From Candidatus Kaiserbacteria bacterium (GTDB lineage: Bacteria > Patescibacteriota > Minisyncoccia > Phycocordibacterales > UBA2100): a stretch of DNA of 64,000 nucleotides. The number at the start of each line of letters is the position of its first letter. The stretch's first letter is position 1. The translations under genes and the position numbers were made by a program. The stretch spans positions 130,430-194,429 of the forward strand of contig CAVYCR010000001.1 in NCBI GenBank assembly GCA_963767115.1. Reading direction: 5' to 3'. A model generated the notes under the pieces. That model made no database searches and was not told the origin of the DNA. It saw only the letters and a list, made by a program, of their open reading frames with translations. Positions 9,450-19,259 of the stretch are shown in pieces.

Positions 9450-12398
9450 TTATACAGATATTTTTGTGTTCTCTTCCGTGTTATACGTCATATCAAAGAG
9501 AGTATCGGTCATCCATCGACGGAAGTCGGGGTTATCGCTAAATTGTTTGAAAAGTTCTGCATCGTCCTTAAGAACGGCTGCCATCACACGCTTCAAGGCC
9601 TTATCGTGCTCTATACGAGCATTTTGTTTGTCAGAATGTGTCCTCGCATTCTGATAGGCTTTGTCGGCAACTATACGAGCTGGAATCTCCTGTGTTATAA
9701 GACGACCAACTCGATCACGATCTGTCCAGTCAACACCTCCAAATTGATCATTAAAGACCTTGATGATGTTTGAGAGTCGATCAAGTTCTGGCTCTTGCAT
9801 ATGCCCTCCCCCTGATGTTGGTACAGGTTCAATTTCTCCATTTTCGTTTGGGAGTTGTATCTGTCGTGCGGCTCGCTTTTCGACACGATAACTATCCATA
9901 TCGATTGAATCAAGCACTCCTTTTGCAAAATCTGGATCAATCGGTGCCGGAAGTTTCGATACAAGAAAATTTAGGAGTATTGAAAGCTTTTCCCAGTCGG
10001 CATTTGTGTACGGCAAAATTGAAGAAAGGAAGCCATAAGCACGAACGAATGCTTTTGCTTTACCCTTAAAATCCACCTGGCCGTCCTCATCCAGTTGCTC
10101 CAAGTACACAGCAACGCACGCATCTAATATTGGATCGAGCATGTCACGCTCCGCACCCGATAGATACAATTCTACGAGGCGCTCTACTTGCTCGGTTGAA
10201 TAGACATGGTAGTTATCTAGAGCTGCTTTGAGATCGTGGAGTTTGTTCGGATCCGTTTCTCTACTCAAAATAGTGGTGCGGTAATAAGGTGCGAATGACT
10301 TTTCAATTGTATCTACATCATTAAGAAAATCGAGTACGAACGTGTCGTATTTTTTAGGTCGCGCACGATTGAGACGTGAGAGCGTTTGCACCGCTTTGAT
10401 GCCGGAGAGGGGCTTATCGACATACATAGTGTGCAGTAAAGGCTCGTCGTAACCAGTCTGGAATTTGTCCGCACATATCAAGAAGCGATACGGTTCTTCT
10501 TGTATCTTTTCCACAATACCATTGCTGGGAAATCCATTCAGAGATGCCTCTGTAACCTTCGTGCCGCCATACTCGTGTTCGCCAGAAAAAGCCACAATCG
10601 CTTTATAAGGGCTCTTGAGTTCCTTGAGGTATTCATTGAATGCCTGAAAATACTGAATGGCACGCTCGATGCCACTCGTCACTACCATCGCTCGGGCCAC
10701 GCCACCAATCTTTTTTAAGCCGATAACTTGCTCATGAAAGTGGTCGACCATAATCTCGGCCTTAATACGAATCGCGTGGTCGTGGCTCTCAACGTATTTG
10801 CGAAGCTTCTTCTTTGCCCTTTTGGTATCGTATTCTGGATCACTATCGACTGTTTTTATGAGTTTGTAATAACTGTCGACCGGGGTATAGCTCTTGAGCA
10901 CGTCGAGAATAAAACCCTCTTCGATAGCTTGCTTCATGGTGTAGCTGTGGAAAGGACGATGCTTATTCCCTTCGTATGTCTCGCCAAAGATCTCAAGTGT
11001 CTTGTTTTTCGGTGTGGCCGTAAAAGCAAAGTAGCTTGCATTAGGAAGCATTTTCTTCGCTTCCATGATTCGGTTAATCTTATCTTCAAGGGTCTCATCG
11101 TCCTCACCATCCTCTATTTCTGAGAGTGCCATGCTTACGGCCGCGGACGTTCGTCCACCTTGACTTGAATGTGCCTCGTCTATGATCATTGCGAACTTAC
11201 GATTGCGGTGCTCGTTTCCTATCGCATCGAGAATGAATGGAAATTTCTGAACGGTTGAGATAATAATTTTCTTCTCTTCGGCTATGTACTTCTTTAAGTC
11301 ACCGGAGGAGGCCGCATGCCCAACCGTGGCACTGATTTGCCGAAACCCTTTGATAGTCGCCCCGAGCTGACTGTCAAGCGCTTTACGGTCAGTCACTACG
11401 ATAATGGAATCAAAGATATGGCGATCATCTTTAGCGGTACCAATAAGTTGATGCGCAAGCCACGCGATCGAGTTTGACTTACCGCTACCGGCTGAGTGTT
11501 CAATGAGATAACGTTTTCCCGCTCCATGTGTTGCTACATCGGAGAGAAGTTGGCGCACAACTGCAAGTTGATGGTAGCGGGGGAAAATCTGCACGAGCTT
11601 CTTTTTGTGCGTCTTCTCGTCTTTCACTTCCACCATTTGTGCATAGTTCTCGATAATATCGGTGAGACTGTCGCGAGTGAGTGTTTCATCCCATAGATAG
11701 GAGGTTTTGAGACCACTAGGATTCGGAGGATTGCCTGCACCATCATTCCAACCTTTATTGAATGGTAAGAACCAAGAAGCTTTACCTTGCAGGTGTGGAC
11801 AAAATTGCACTTCACTATCGTCGACCGCAAAATGTGCTATACAACGGCCAAGCTGAAAAAGTATTTCCTTTGGGTTACGATCAGTCTTGTATTGTTCAAC
11901 TGCATCTGAAACAGTCTGTTTGGTTAGGCTGTTCTTTAATTCAAAAGTGGCAATCGGAAGTCCGTTTATAAATAGCGCAAGATCTAGCGCGCGTTGCATT
12001 TCATCGAGACTATAGCGAAGTTGGCGCGTAACACTGAATCGATTTTTCTCGTACCGGCCCTTTGCAGTTGTATTGCCAGGGGTTGGGGTACCATAAAAAA
12101 GATCGATGTGATATTGACCATGCTTTACACCATGTCGCAACACGTCCACAACTCCTCGTTTAGCAATCTCACCCTGTAACCGTGTAAGAAATTGTCGTCG
12201 AATGGGACTATCATTGCTAAGGTCGAGTATGTTGAAGAGTTCCTCTTGAGTAGCGTGGATAAAAGCCTGCAATTGTACAGGATCTACCGCAAAAGCCCGA
12301 TCATAGTCATCAGGCTTTCCGAGGTTCCATCCGCCCAATGCTGTTAAATGCTCAATTATTAAGGTTTCGAGGCCTTTTTCGCTTGTATCTGTTTTCAT
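9450..12398 (-). CDS. hsdR: Type I restriction endonuclease subunit R
   Basis: 982 aa. N-terminal nuclease region, DEAD/helicase motifs (IEHSAGSGKSNSIAW Walker A, MIIDEAHSSQGG DEAH box), and operon position downstream of hsdM-hsdS with a 4-nt overlap. Confidence 0.9.
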   Translation of the reverse strand: MKTDTSEKGLETLIIEHLTALGGWNLGKPDDYDRAFAVDPVQLQAFIHATQEELFNILDLSNDSPIRRQFLTRLQGEIAKRGVVDVLRHGVKHGQYHIDLFYGTPTPGNTTAKGRYEKNRFSVTRQLRYSLDEMQRALDLALFINGLPIATFELKNSLTKQTVSDAVEQYKTDRNPKEILFQLGRCIAHFAVDDSEVQFCPHLQGKASWFLPFNKGWNDGAGNPPNPSGLKTSYLWDETLTRDSLTDIIENYAQMVEVKDEKTHKKKLVQIFPRYHQLAVVRQLLSDVATHGAGKRYLIEHSAGSGKSNSIAWLAHQLIGTAKDDRHIFDSIIVVTDRKALDSQLGATIKGFRQISATVGHAASSGDLKKYIAEEKKIIISTVQKFPFILDAIGNEHRNRKFAMIIDEAHSSQGGRTSAAVSMALSEIEDGEDDETLEDKINRIMEAKKMLPNASYFAFTATPKNKTLEIFGETYEGNKHRPFHSYTMKQAIEEGFILDVLKSYTPVDSYYKLIKTVDSDPEYDTKRAKKKLRKYVESHDHAIRIKAEIMVDHFHEQVIGLKKIGGVARAMVVTSGIERAIQYFQAFNEYLKELKSPYKAIVAFSGEHEYGGTKVTEASLNGFPSNGIVEKIQEEPYRFLICADKFQTGYDEPLLHTMYVDKPLSGIKAVQTLSRLNRARPKKYDTFVLDFLNDVDTIEKSFAPYYRTTILSRETDPNKLHDLKAALDNYHVYSTEQVERLVELYLSGAERDMLDPILDACVAVYLEQLDEDGQVDFKGKAKAFVRAYGFLSSILPYTNADWEKLSILLNFLVSKLPAPIDPDFAKGVLDSIDMDSYRVEKRAARQIQLPNENGEIEPVPTSGGGHMQEPELDRLSNIIKVFNDQFGGVDWTDRDRVGRLITQEIPARIVADKAYQNARTHSDKQNARIEHDKALKRVMAAVLKDDAELFKQFSDNPDFRRWMTDTLFDMTYNTEENTKISV

Positions 12399-13801
12399 AT
12401 TGTAATTTTCTCGGCCTCTTTAGAAACGTCATCTGTGGGTTCTTCAGCATCGCTACCATACAACGAGCTATCGCCCTCGTCCATGACTGCGGTAGATTGC
12501 GTCTGCTCTGGCAATTTTGATGCGGCTTCGCGTACATCAAGTTTGCCAGTGACCACATCAGTAACTACGTGAATACGAAACTCATGCAGAAGTTGTATTT
12601 CATTATCAAATAGCTGTAATTGTCTTTCAATTTCCGATAATTCTTGATCTAGCGTCGCGACGATTTTTTCTTGCTCCGGCAATGACGGTATTGGGACTCT
12701 CACATTTTTGAGCCATGGCATATGTATATCGCGCTGTATATCACCAACACCTTTCGACGCGGTGACAAACTGCGATACCATTATTCTCGACTTAAATAGG
12801 TAGTCGGCAAATCTCGGTAACAGAGATGAATCTAAGCCGAGGACCACATAAGCAGGGCTAATGATGCCTAGATATTCAGATACCCCAACAGAGCCACGCC
12901 ATGCTTGTTGATTATTAAGAACAAGATCACCCGGCTTGACTACCTGATAGCCAGACAAATCAAGACTCGGTTTATGAACCTGTCCTCCCCCCTCTCCGTA
13001 ACGAATCACACCCCTACCCAGGAATACCGAGAGAAGATCTAGATCGGTTCGACCTTTTTCCGTTCTAATCCGGGAAATTTCCCATAACCTTGAAATCTTC
13101 CATTCGGAATTTACTTCTTGTTCAGGCGACGATCCGAGGAGTTTCGTCTTTATCTTTGGATCAAGACCGTGAGTAACTACATGACTAACAACATTTTTCT
13201 TTTGTTCCTCTAACAATTTGATTAACTGTTGCTTCGCGTGTATGTATTGTCGGATGCGCCGATCGGCATAGTTGAGAAAACGAATTATTGCGGATTGCTC
13301 ATCATAGGGAGGGAGCGGAACAGGCTGGTTCCCAAAATCTTCAAACCGAAAGTCTGTAGACCTCTCGCGAATACCTTTAGATAAAGCCAGTATCCATTGT
13401 GTACGCGCCATCTCTCGTATAACGTACGCAAAGTATTCTGAAGTGGCCTCCTCAGTTGGCTGACACACTGCGCAAACAGGACTACATTTTCCATTTGAAT
13501 CAGATACACCCACCGCGCCAGCAAAAGCGTCCATCGCATGGATCACAAGATCTCCCTTTAATACCCGCTGATAGCCGATCTCTTGTAGTGCCTCAGTAAA
13601 ACCACGCAGTCGACGATTGCGCCGCAATGTTACGGTGCCATCACGAAAACATGTCACAATCTCATCCCCTGCCTCTACAGGCCTCGAGACTTTGTTAAAA
13701 AGCCATTTAGCTCGTTTGATGCCCCAGTGTTCTGGTATTTCTCCGAGCCACACCACGGCCGAGTCTTTGTATCTTGAATAGGGCTTGAGATCTTTAATCA
13801 T
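12395..13801 (-). CDS. hsdS: Type I restriction-modification specificity subunit S
   Basis: 468 aa with two target-recognition-domain halves separated by conserved coiled-coil spacers (SLPEQEKIVATLDQEL, PPYDEQSAIIRFLN). It lies between hsdM and hsdR. Confidence 0.85.
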   Translation of the reverse strand: MIKDLKPYSRYKDSAVVWLGEIPEHWGIKRAKWLFNKVSRPVEAGDEIVTCFRDGTVTLRRNRRLRGFTEALQEIGYQRVLKGDLVIHAMDAFAGAVGVSDSNGKCSPVCAVCQPTEEATSEYFAYVIREMARTQWILALSKGIRERSTDFRFEDFGNQPVPLPPYDEQSAIIRFLNYADRRIRQYIHAKQQLIKLLEEQKKNVVSHVVTHGLDPKIKTKLLGSSPEQEVNSEWKISRLWEISRIRTEKGRTDLDLLSVFLGRGVIRYGEGGGQVHKPSLDLSGYQVVKPGDLVLNNQQAWRGSVGVSEYLGIISPAYVVLGLDSSLLPRFADYLFKSRIMVSQFVTASKGVGDIQRDIHMPWLKNVRVPIPSLPEQEKIVATLDQELSEIERQLQLFDNEIQLLHEFRIHVVTDVVTGKLDVREAASKLPEQTQSTAVMDEGDSSLYGSDAEEPTDDVSKEAEKITI

Positions 13802-13807
13802 GAAGTG

Positions 13808-15982
13808 CTATCCTTTCGCGATAATTTCATCGAGCAATCCTTCTGTTTCTTTCTCCAATTTAAGGATGTCCCCCTGAATCTCTGTCAGAGGACGTAACGG
13901 TTCCGGTTTGAAGAAATAACGGTTGAAATTGATCTCATATCCAAGTTTGGTCGCACCTTCTGTGGTCCAGGCATCAGGCGCATATGGAAGTACCTCACGC
14001 TTAATAAAATTTTCGATGCCTCCCTTTTCTAACAAAGGCACTTGTTCGTAGTCACGAAGCTCAACATCCGGCTCGTACTCGACGACACTTTTGTTGCTAT
14101 GTATCTCGATTTCAAAAAAACCGTGTAATGGATCGACCTTTGTGAGGGACTTGTGGACTTGTTTGATCACCGGTTCTGCATCCGGATCACGTTCAGCGAG
14201 CACAGTTTGCAAAAACTTAAGACGCTTTGCAGACATCTTAACCTTATTCTCCTTAGCGATACTATCAACTATTTCTAAAAACTTTTGGTAATCCATATGC
14301 GGACCAGTTCCGATTTCCTTCACAACCTTCTCGATGATGGGGACAAGTTGTTCCTCCCCCGCATCTACGCATGCTACGCGAAAACGCTTGAGATGTCCGT
14401 TGCGGAGATCAACCTTTAGTCGTAATGGCCGTTCAATCATGACTTTCCAATAGCCAAATTCCTCATTCGGAAAGATTTTCGATTGTTTGGTCTCCTTGAA
14501 AGAGAGAAAAGTATCCATCACACTCTTTATATTCTCGTCAGTGAGCTCACAGTTCTTTTTGCCCATATTCTTGCGTAACGGTGTAAACCAGCCATTTGTA
14601 TCAATGAGCTGTACTTTGCCCTGGCGTTTGCTTTCTTTACGATTTGAAAGCACCCAAATATAGGTTGCGATACCAGTGTTATAGAACATGTTAAGCGGAA
14701 GTGCCACAATCGCTTCAAGCCAGTCGTTCTCAAGGATCCAGCGACGTATATTACTTTCACCTTGCCCCGCATCACCAGTGAATAGTGAGGAGCCGTTGTG
14801 AACTTCTACAATGCGACTTCCGAGTTTAGTGTCATGCTTCATCTTTGAGAGCATGTTGGCAAGAAAGAGCATCTGCCCATCGCTTGAGCGCGTGACTAAG
14901 GAATACTCCGGATCACCTGCGTGTTCGATGATAAAACGAGGGTCCTTAATGTTCGTTTTCCCACCCATTTTCTCCATATCGCTCTTCCAGCTTTTCCCGT
15001 AAGGGGGGTTCGACAACATGTAGTCAAAACGCATATTAGAGAACGCATCGTTCGTGAGAGTCGAGTATTTGGGACCACCAATGATGTTGTCCGCCTCGTC
15101 GCCGTCACCTTTTAGAAGAAGATCTGCTTTACAGATCGCGTATGTCTCAGCATTGATCTCTTGCCCGTAGAGATGCGTGACTACTTCTTTCTTTCGCTTT
15201 ATTGCGATCTGCTCTAGTGTTTCTTCAGCGACAGTAAGCATGCCGCCGGTCCCTATGGCACCGTCATAGAGAAGATAAGTTCCTGACTCAATTTTATCGG
15301 CGATGGGTCTGAACACCAGCTCAGCCATAAGCTTGACCGCATCACGTGGCGTCCAATGCTCTCCCGCCTCCTCATTGTTTTCTTCGTTGAATATACGCAC
15401 CAATTCCTCGAAGATCGTCCCCATACCGTGGTTGTCGAGGCGCTTGTGCTTGCGTGTACCATCGGGATTAATGACAGCGCGCGGACTGAGATTGATAGAT
15501 GGGTCTAAAAACTTTTCTATGAGCGTACTGAGGACATCAGCATCAGACAAAGTGGATATTTGATTTCGGAATTTAAAGTTGTTTAAAATCTCTTGCACGT
15601 TCGGAGAAAAACCGTCGAGGTACGCCTCAAAATCTTGGCGTAATGCTTGTTGCGTAGTACTTGCGCGTAGATTCTTAAGCGTAAACGGAGAATGATTATA
15701 AAACGCTTGGCCCGCCGCAGATCGCAAAGCATTTTCCTGATTTACTATTCGTGCTTTATCGAGACGCTTTTTTGCATCTATTACGGACTGTTTTGTATCC
15801 TCAAGAACTGCATCAAGGCGACGGATGATGATCATAGGTAAAATTACGTCGCGGTACTTACCGCGCACATAAAGGTCTCGGAGAACATCGTTTGCAATGC
15901 CCCAAATGAAATTTGCTACCCAATGCAGGTCACCGTTTGTCAGAGCTTCATCCTGTTGCGGATTTTCCTTTAAAGAAGACAT
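13808..15982 (-). CDS. hsdM: Type I restriction-modification N6-adenine DNA methyltransferase subunit M
   Basis: HsdM N-terminal domain (FIWGIANDVLRDLYVRGKYRDVILPMIIIRRLD), an AdoMet motif (LYDGAIGTGGML) and the catalytic LSNPPYGKSW (NPPY) motif. Confidence 0.9.
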   Translation of the reverse strand: MSSLKENPQQDEALTNGDLHWVANFIWGIANDVLRDLYVRGKYRDVILPMIIIRRLDAVLEDTKQSVIDAKKRLDKARIVNQENALRSAAGQAFYNHSPFTLKNLRASTTQQALRQDFEAYLDGFSPNVQEILNNFKFRNQISTLSDADVLSTLIEKFLDPSINLSPRAVINPDGTRKHKRLDNHGMGTIFEELVRIFNEENNEEAGEHWTPRDAVKLMAELVFRPIADKIESGTYLLYDGAIGTGGMLTVAEETLEQIAIKRKKEVVTHLYGQEINAETYAICKADLLLKGDGDEADNIIGGPKYSTLTNDAFSNMRFDYMLSNPPYGKSWKSDMEKMGGKTNIKDPRFIIEHAGDPEYSLVTRSSDGQMLFLANMLSKMKHDTKLGSRIVEVHNGSSLFTGDAGQGESNIRRWILENDWLEAIVALPLNMFYNTGIATYIWVLSNRKESKRQGKVQLIDTNGWFTPLRKNMGKKNCELTDENIKSVMDTFLSFKETKQSKIFPNEEFGYWKVMIERPLRLKVDLRNGHLKRFRVACVDAGEEQLVPIIEKVVKEIGTGPHMDYQKFLEIVDSIAKENKVKMSAKRLKFLQTVLAERDPDAEPVIKQVHKSLTKVDPLHGFFEIEIHSNKSVVEYEPDVELRDYEQVPLLEKGGIENFIKREVLPYAPDAWTTEGATKLGYEINFNRYFFKPEPLRPLTEIQGDILKLEKETEGLLDEIIAKG

Positions 15983-15983
15983 A

Positions 15984-16208
15984 TTACTTTACTAGCTCAT
16001 CCAAACTCACGTTGAAAACGTCCGCTATTCTCTTAAGCGTACTGATTCGAGGGTCTTTTGTTGCGCCGCTCTCAATCTTCGCAATTGTGTGATAAGCGAG
16101 TTTTGTTTCTTGAGAGAGAGATCCTTGATTCCACTTATCTCCCTTAAGTCTTTTGAAATTCTTTTTGAGATTCTTAACCACTTTGGTGGCTTCTTTATCT
16201 TTTTTCAT
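15984..16208 (-). CDS. XRE-family helix-turn-helix regulator (possible controller protein of the R-M operon)
   Basis: 74 aa. SLSQETKLAYHTIAKIESGATKDPRISTLKRIADVFNVSLDELV is a Cro/C1-type HTH. It lies immediately upstream of hsdM with a 1-nt gap. Confidence 0.8.
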   Translation of the reverse strand: MKKDKEATKVVKNLKKNFKRLKGDKWNQGSLSQETKLAYHTIAKIESGATKDPRISTLKRIADVFNVSLDELVK

Positions 16209-16417
16209 ATGAGAAAACTTTACTCGTATAATTATATCAAGTATGGAATATGAAATTGGGCGTTATCCCCAATCTTCGTTCTCGAGGGTCTTTAAACACA
16301 AAATCACCCTGTCGGGGTGATTTTGTGTTCTGGTACTGCCCTCAGCAGATGCGCCTTTTCTGAATGGCTCCTGAACTAGTTATCGACGCGACTCGTGCAC
16401 GAGAACCTAGCTCAACT

Positions 16418-16441
16418 TGGCTGAGAGACACGGACTCGAAC
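16418..16441 (-). other. Orphan tRNA 3'-end fragment (T-loop to CCA), candidate att remnant
   Basis: The reverse strand reads G-TTCGAGT-CCGTG-TCTCTCA-G-CCA, i.e. G53, T-loop, T-stem 3' strand, acceptor 3' strand, discriminator and CCA. The sequence 5' of it is not tRNA-like. Confidence 0.35.
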
Positions 16442-16446
16442 AATAA

Positions 16447-16480
16447 CAAAACACCGCCAAGTTAGCGGCGGTGTTTTTTG
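16447..16480. terminator. Bidirectional intrinsic terminator
   Basis: Stem acaccgcc / ggcggtgt (8 bp, 8-nt loop), with T6 on the plus side and an A-run on the other side. It lies just downstream of the GH6 gene on the minus strand. Confidence 0.6.
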
Positions 16481-16496
16481 GCTACAAAGCTTGTCT

Positions 16497-18083
16497 TTAT
16501 AAACCCTGCACCAGTGAGAGCGCGTACTCGGGCCACCAGGTGCCCGCGGAAGGGCCGCCGCTGCACGAGCCGTCGGACTCGCCCGGAGTTTTGATCCAGA
16601 GGAAGGCGTCGACGACACTGTTGCCCGTATTGGTTGTCGGGGAAGTTCCAATCTTCGCTCCGGAGGGATTGCACCACTGTCCGCTCGCGACACTGCCGCC
16701 GTTCCTCGAGGTATCGATCACGAAGTGCTTGCCGCCCACGAGCGCACTCACGGCTTCGCCGTAGGTGATCTCGCTGCTCGTCGGCATGAAGTTCGAGACG
16801 TTGAGTGCGAAGCCGTCGGCTTGCGCGATGCCCGCCTTCTGCAACTCCCCTGCCATCGTGTCAGCATCGATCCAGTCGGAGTGACCCGCGTCGATGTAGA
16901 CCTTCGCGCTGCTATCCTTCTTGATCGAGCTTACCGCGTAGCTGAGCAATTGTTCGCGTGTCGCTTGGTCTGCGCTCGAGAGACAGCTGATCTGCGCGAG
17001 TGCATCCGGTTCGAGGATCACGAGTGCAGGTGCCTGCCCCAAGCCTTGCGAGAAGCTGTCGATCCACGATTGGTAGCCCGAAGGATTATCAGAACCGCCC
17101 GATGAGAATCCGCCGCAATCGCGCTCGGGGATGTTGTAGGCGACCAAGACCGGCATTGCGTTTGAAGCCTGCGCCGAGGCGACGAGCGAATGCACATCGT
17201 CTCGCATGTCAGTGTTCCAATTGCCGAACCATACCGCGGTCGGCTCCTGCGCGAGTGTCTGCATCGCGCTCGCGTCGGTGGCGTTGTTGTCCCCCCATAC
17301 TTTCTGTTGCAGAGACGCCTCGGTATTCGGCTCGATGTAGAAGCTCATAGATGAATTATTGTAGTTCTCGTTGCTGTTTTGATTGCTACTCAGAAGCAGT
17401 GTTTGTGTGGCAATCGTTGTCGCCACCGCGATGACTGATGTCGTTGGCGTTGCAGCAGTCGCTATCGATTGTGTCGTCGTTGCTGTGCTTGTCGCACTCG
17501 CTGTAGTTGCTGGTGTCGACGAAGTAGTCTGATCCGACGAGGTCGCAGAGCTACTCGATGCGTCTGCCGGCATGATAGTGATCACGTTTGGTGAGGCAAG
17601 TGTGCTACTCGCGATACTCCCCTGTGGATCTGTCTGAGCGGGGCTACCGTTATCGACGAAGATAGTCTCCGATTGTTGCGAGATGATCTGGTTGCCTTGG
17701 CGCGCGATGAAGTTGACCGTGTACGGCCCGCTGCCGTCCCACATCCAGCCGGTGAGGTCGACCGATGCCTCCATGTGCGGCGAATCCGTGTCGTTCTCGC
17801 TCATCCAATTCCATGTTCCGTTATCAACCTGCCAGAACATCTGGTACTGCGCGATGTCGAGCCCCGGGATCACCGCCTTGAAGGGTTGCGTGCCGGAGAC
17901 ATGCGCGCCGTTGGTCGGCCACCATACATCGATCGTGTTGTCTGCGAGTGCGATCGCCGGAGTAATGACGCCGCCTATGAGTAATGCTAATAGAATTATG
18001 GATAAGATAAACTGACTCAAGTATTTACTTTTATATTCTTCCATAAACGCTTGTAAGTGTAGCAATGCCCGCTCATTGACCAC
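16497..18083 (-). CDS. Secreted glycoside hydrolase family 6 cellulase with N-terminal accessory domain and Ser/Thr-rich linker
   Basis: The C-terminal catalytic domain carries VLVAYNIPERDCGG, LVILEPDALA (fits the GH6 signature [LIVMYA]-[LIVA]-[LIVT]-[LIV]-E-P-D-[SAL]-[LI]-[PSAG]), VYIDAGHSDW and FLWIKTPGESDG. An N-terminal TM/signal segment and a T/S/A-rich linker are present. Confidence 0.85.
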   Translation of the reverse strand: MVNERALLHLQAFMEEYKSKYLSQFILSIILLALLIGGVITPAIALADNTIDVWWPTNGAHVSGTQPFKAVIPGLDIAQYQMFWQVDNGTWNWMSENDTDSPHMEASVDLTGWMWDGSGPYTVNFIARQGNQIISQQSETIFVDNGSPAQTDPQGSIASSTLASPNVITIMPADASSSSATSSDQTTSSTPATTASATSTATTTQSIATAATPTTSVIAVATTIATQTLLLSSNQNSNENYNNSSMSFYIEPNTEASLQQKVWGDNNATDASAMQTLAQEPTAVWFGNWNTDMRDDVHSLVASAQASNAMPVLVAYNIPERDCGGFSSGGSDNPSGYQSWIDSFSQGLGQAPALVILEPDALAQISCLSSADQATREQLLSYAVSSIKKDSSAKVYIDAGHSDWIDADTMAGELQKAGIAQADGFALNVSNFMPTSSEITYGEAVSALVGGKHFVIDTSRNGGSVASGQWCNPSGAKIGTSPTTNTGNSVVDAFLWIKTPGESDGSCSGGPSAGTWWPEYALSLVQGL

Positions 18084-18179
18084 AATGATTATGCCGTGCC
18101 TTAACGCTTTTTTAATGAAGCACCCATAGTGAGATATATGAATGCATATTCATATATTAATACGAAATGTTTGTGTGCA

Positions 18180-18281
18180 TCGTGAGCCGACTGGTTTTTG
18201 GGGTCGATGCCTCGCGGCGGCGCGAAATAGAGTTCTTTTTCAGCAGAAAAAGAACGACCCCAAAAGCCAGTCGGCTCACGA
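18180..18281. repeat. Long foldback element A (26-27 bp arms, 48-nt interior with nested hairpin)
   Basis: Arms 18181-18206 cgtgagccgactggtttttggggtcg and 18255-18280 cgaccccaaaagccagtcggctcacg are complementary except for one T/G position. The interior contains gttcttttt-cagcag-aaaaagaac. Confidence 0.8.
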
Positions 18282-18309
18282 CGACCGCTGATTTGTTACA
18301 CTTGTACCC

Positions 18310-19245
18310 ATGGCAGCCAGTCTCAAGGATCTCAAGACGCAATTCCTCGAGTATCTCGAGATCGAAAAGGGCCGCGGTGTGAAGACTGTCGAGAATTATG
18401 ATCGTTATCTCACGCGATTCCTCACCTTCTCCAAAGCACAAAAACCCGGCGATATTACCGAGACGATGGTGCGCGAGTTTCGTATTAATCTCAATCGTGC
18501 CGTCGGCACAGCGGGGACCATGAAGAAAAATACGCAGAATTATCATCTGATAGCGCTGCGCGCGTTTCTCAAGTTCTTGCGCAAGCGCGATGTCGAGAGC
18601 CTCAACCCTGAGCGCATTGAGCTTGCCAAGGTCGGCGGCCGCGACCTCGACCTTATTACTGCCGCCGAGCTCGAGCGGCTCATGCGAGGCCCGACTGGAG
18701 AGACACTGAATGCCTTGCGTGATCGCGCGATGCTCGAGCTTCTCTTCTCGACGGGTCTACGTGTCTCCGAACTCTGCAATCTCAATCAGGACCTTGATCT
18801 CTCTCGCGATGAATTCTCGGTGCGTGGCAAAGGCGAGAAGGTGCGTGTCGTCTTTCTTTCTCCTGAGGCCAAGAAAGCGGTCGCCGAATACCTCAAGAAA
18901 CGCGGCGACATGGGCGAAGCGCTCTTTGTAAGTTATAGCCCCGCCTCCGCCAAGGCTTCGGCGGGCAAGAAAGGCACGGGAATGGATCTGCCGAGACTCA
19001 CTCCGCGTTCTGTCGAGCGCATCGTGAAGCAGTATGCGATCAAAGCTGGTATCACGCGCAAGGTGACGCCGCACGTCATCCGCCATAGCTTCGCAACCGA
19101 CCTCCTGCAAAACGGCGCTGACTTGCGCAGTGTGCAAGCGCTCCTCGGCCACGCCAATATCGCAACGACGCAGGTCTATACGCATGTTACAGATAGTCAT
19201 CTACGCGACGTACACAAAGCCTTTCATGGCAAACGTCGACGTTGA
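18310..19245 (+). CDS. Tyrosine site-specific recombinase, XerC/XerD family
   Basis: N-terminal SAM-like domain (FLEYLEIEKGRGVKTVENYDRYL) and catalytic C-terminus HVIRHSFATDLLQNGADLRSVQALLGHANIATTQVYTHV (R..HxxR..Y). Confidence 0.85.
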   Translation: MAASLKDLKTQFLEYLEIEKGRGVKTVENYDRYLTRFLTFSKAQKPGDITETMVREFRINLNRAVGTAGTMKKNTQNYHLIALRAFLKFLRKRDVESLNPERIELAKVGGRDLDLITAAELERLMRGPTGETLNALRDRAMLELLFSTGLRVSELCNLNQDLDLSRDEFSVRGKGEKVRVVFLSPEAKKAVAEYLKKRGDMGEALFVSYSPASAKASAGKKGTGMDLPRLTPRSVERIVKQYAIKAGITRKVTPHVIRHSFATDLLQNGADLRSVQALLGHANIATTQVYTHVTDSHLRDVHKAFHGKRRR

Positions 19246-19259
19246 GGTGCTCGCGTGTC

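Larger units (their letters stand above)
8815..16441. mobile_element. Horizontally acquired genomic island (degenerate integrative element carrying a type I R-M system)
   Basis: Base composition turns visibly AT-richer relative to both flanks. A truncated large serine recombinase lies at the left edge. All cargo is on the minus strand. A 24-nt tRNA 3'-end fragment lies at the right edge. The exact boundaries are not resolved. Confidence 0.55.

Noticed and set aside
18945-18965. The 14-mer cgccaaggcttcgg shared by the xerC-family coding region and the tRNA-Gly(TCC) leader (24015-24030).
   Set aside because: By a rough estimate, roughly ten or more 14-mer matches are expected by chance in 64 kb when both strands are considered. 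There is no supporting context.
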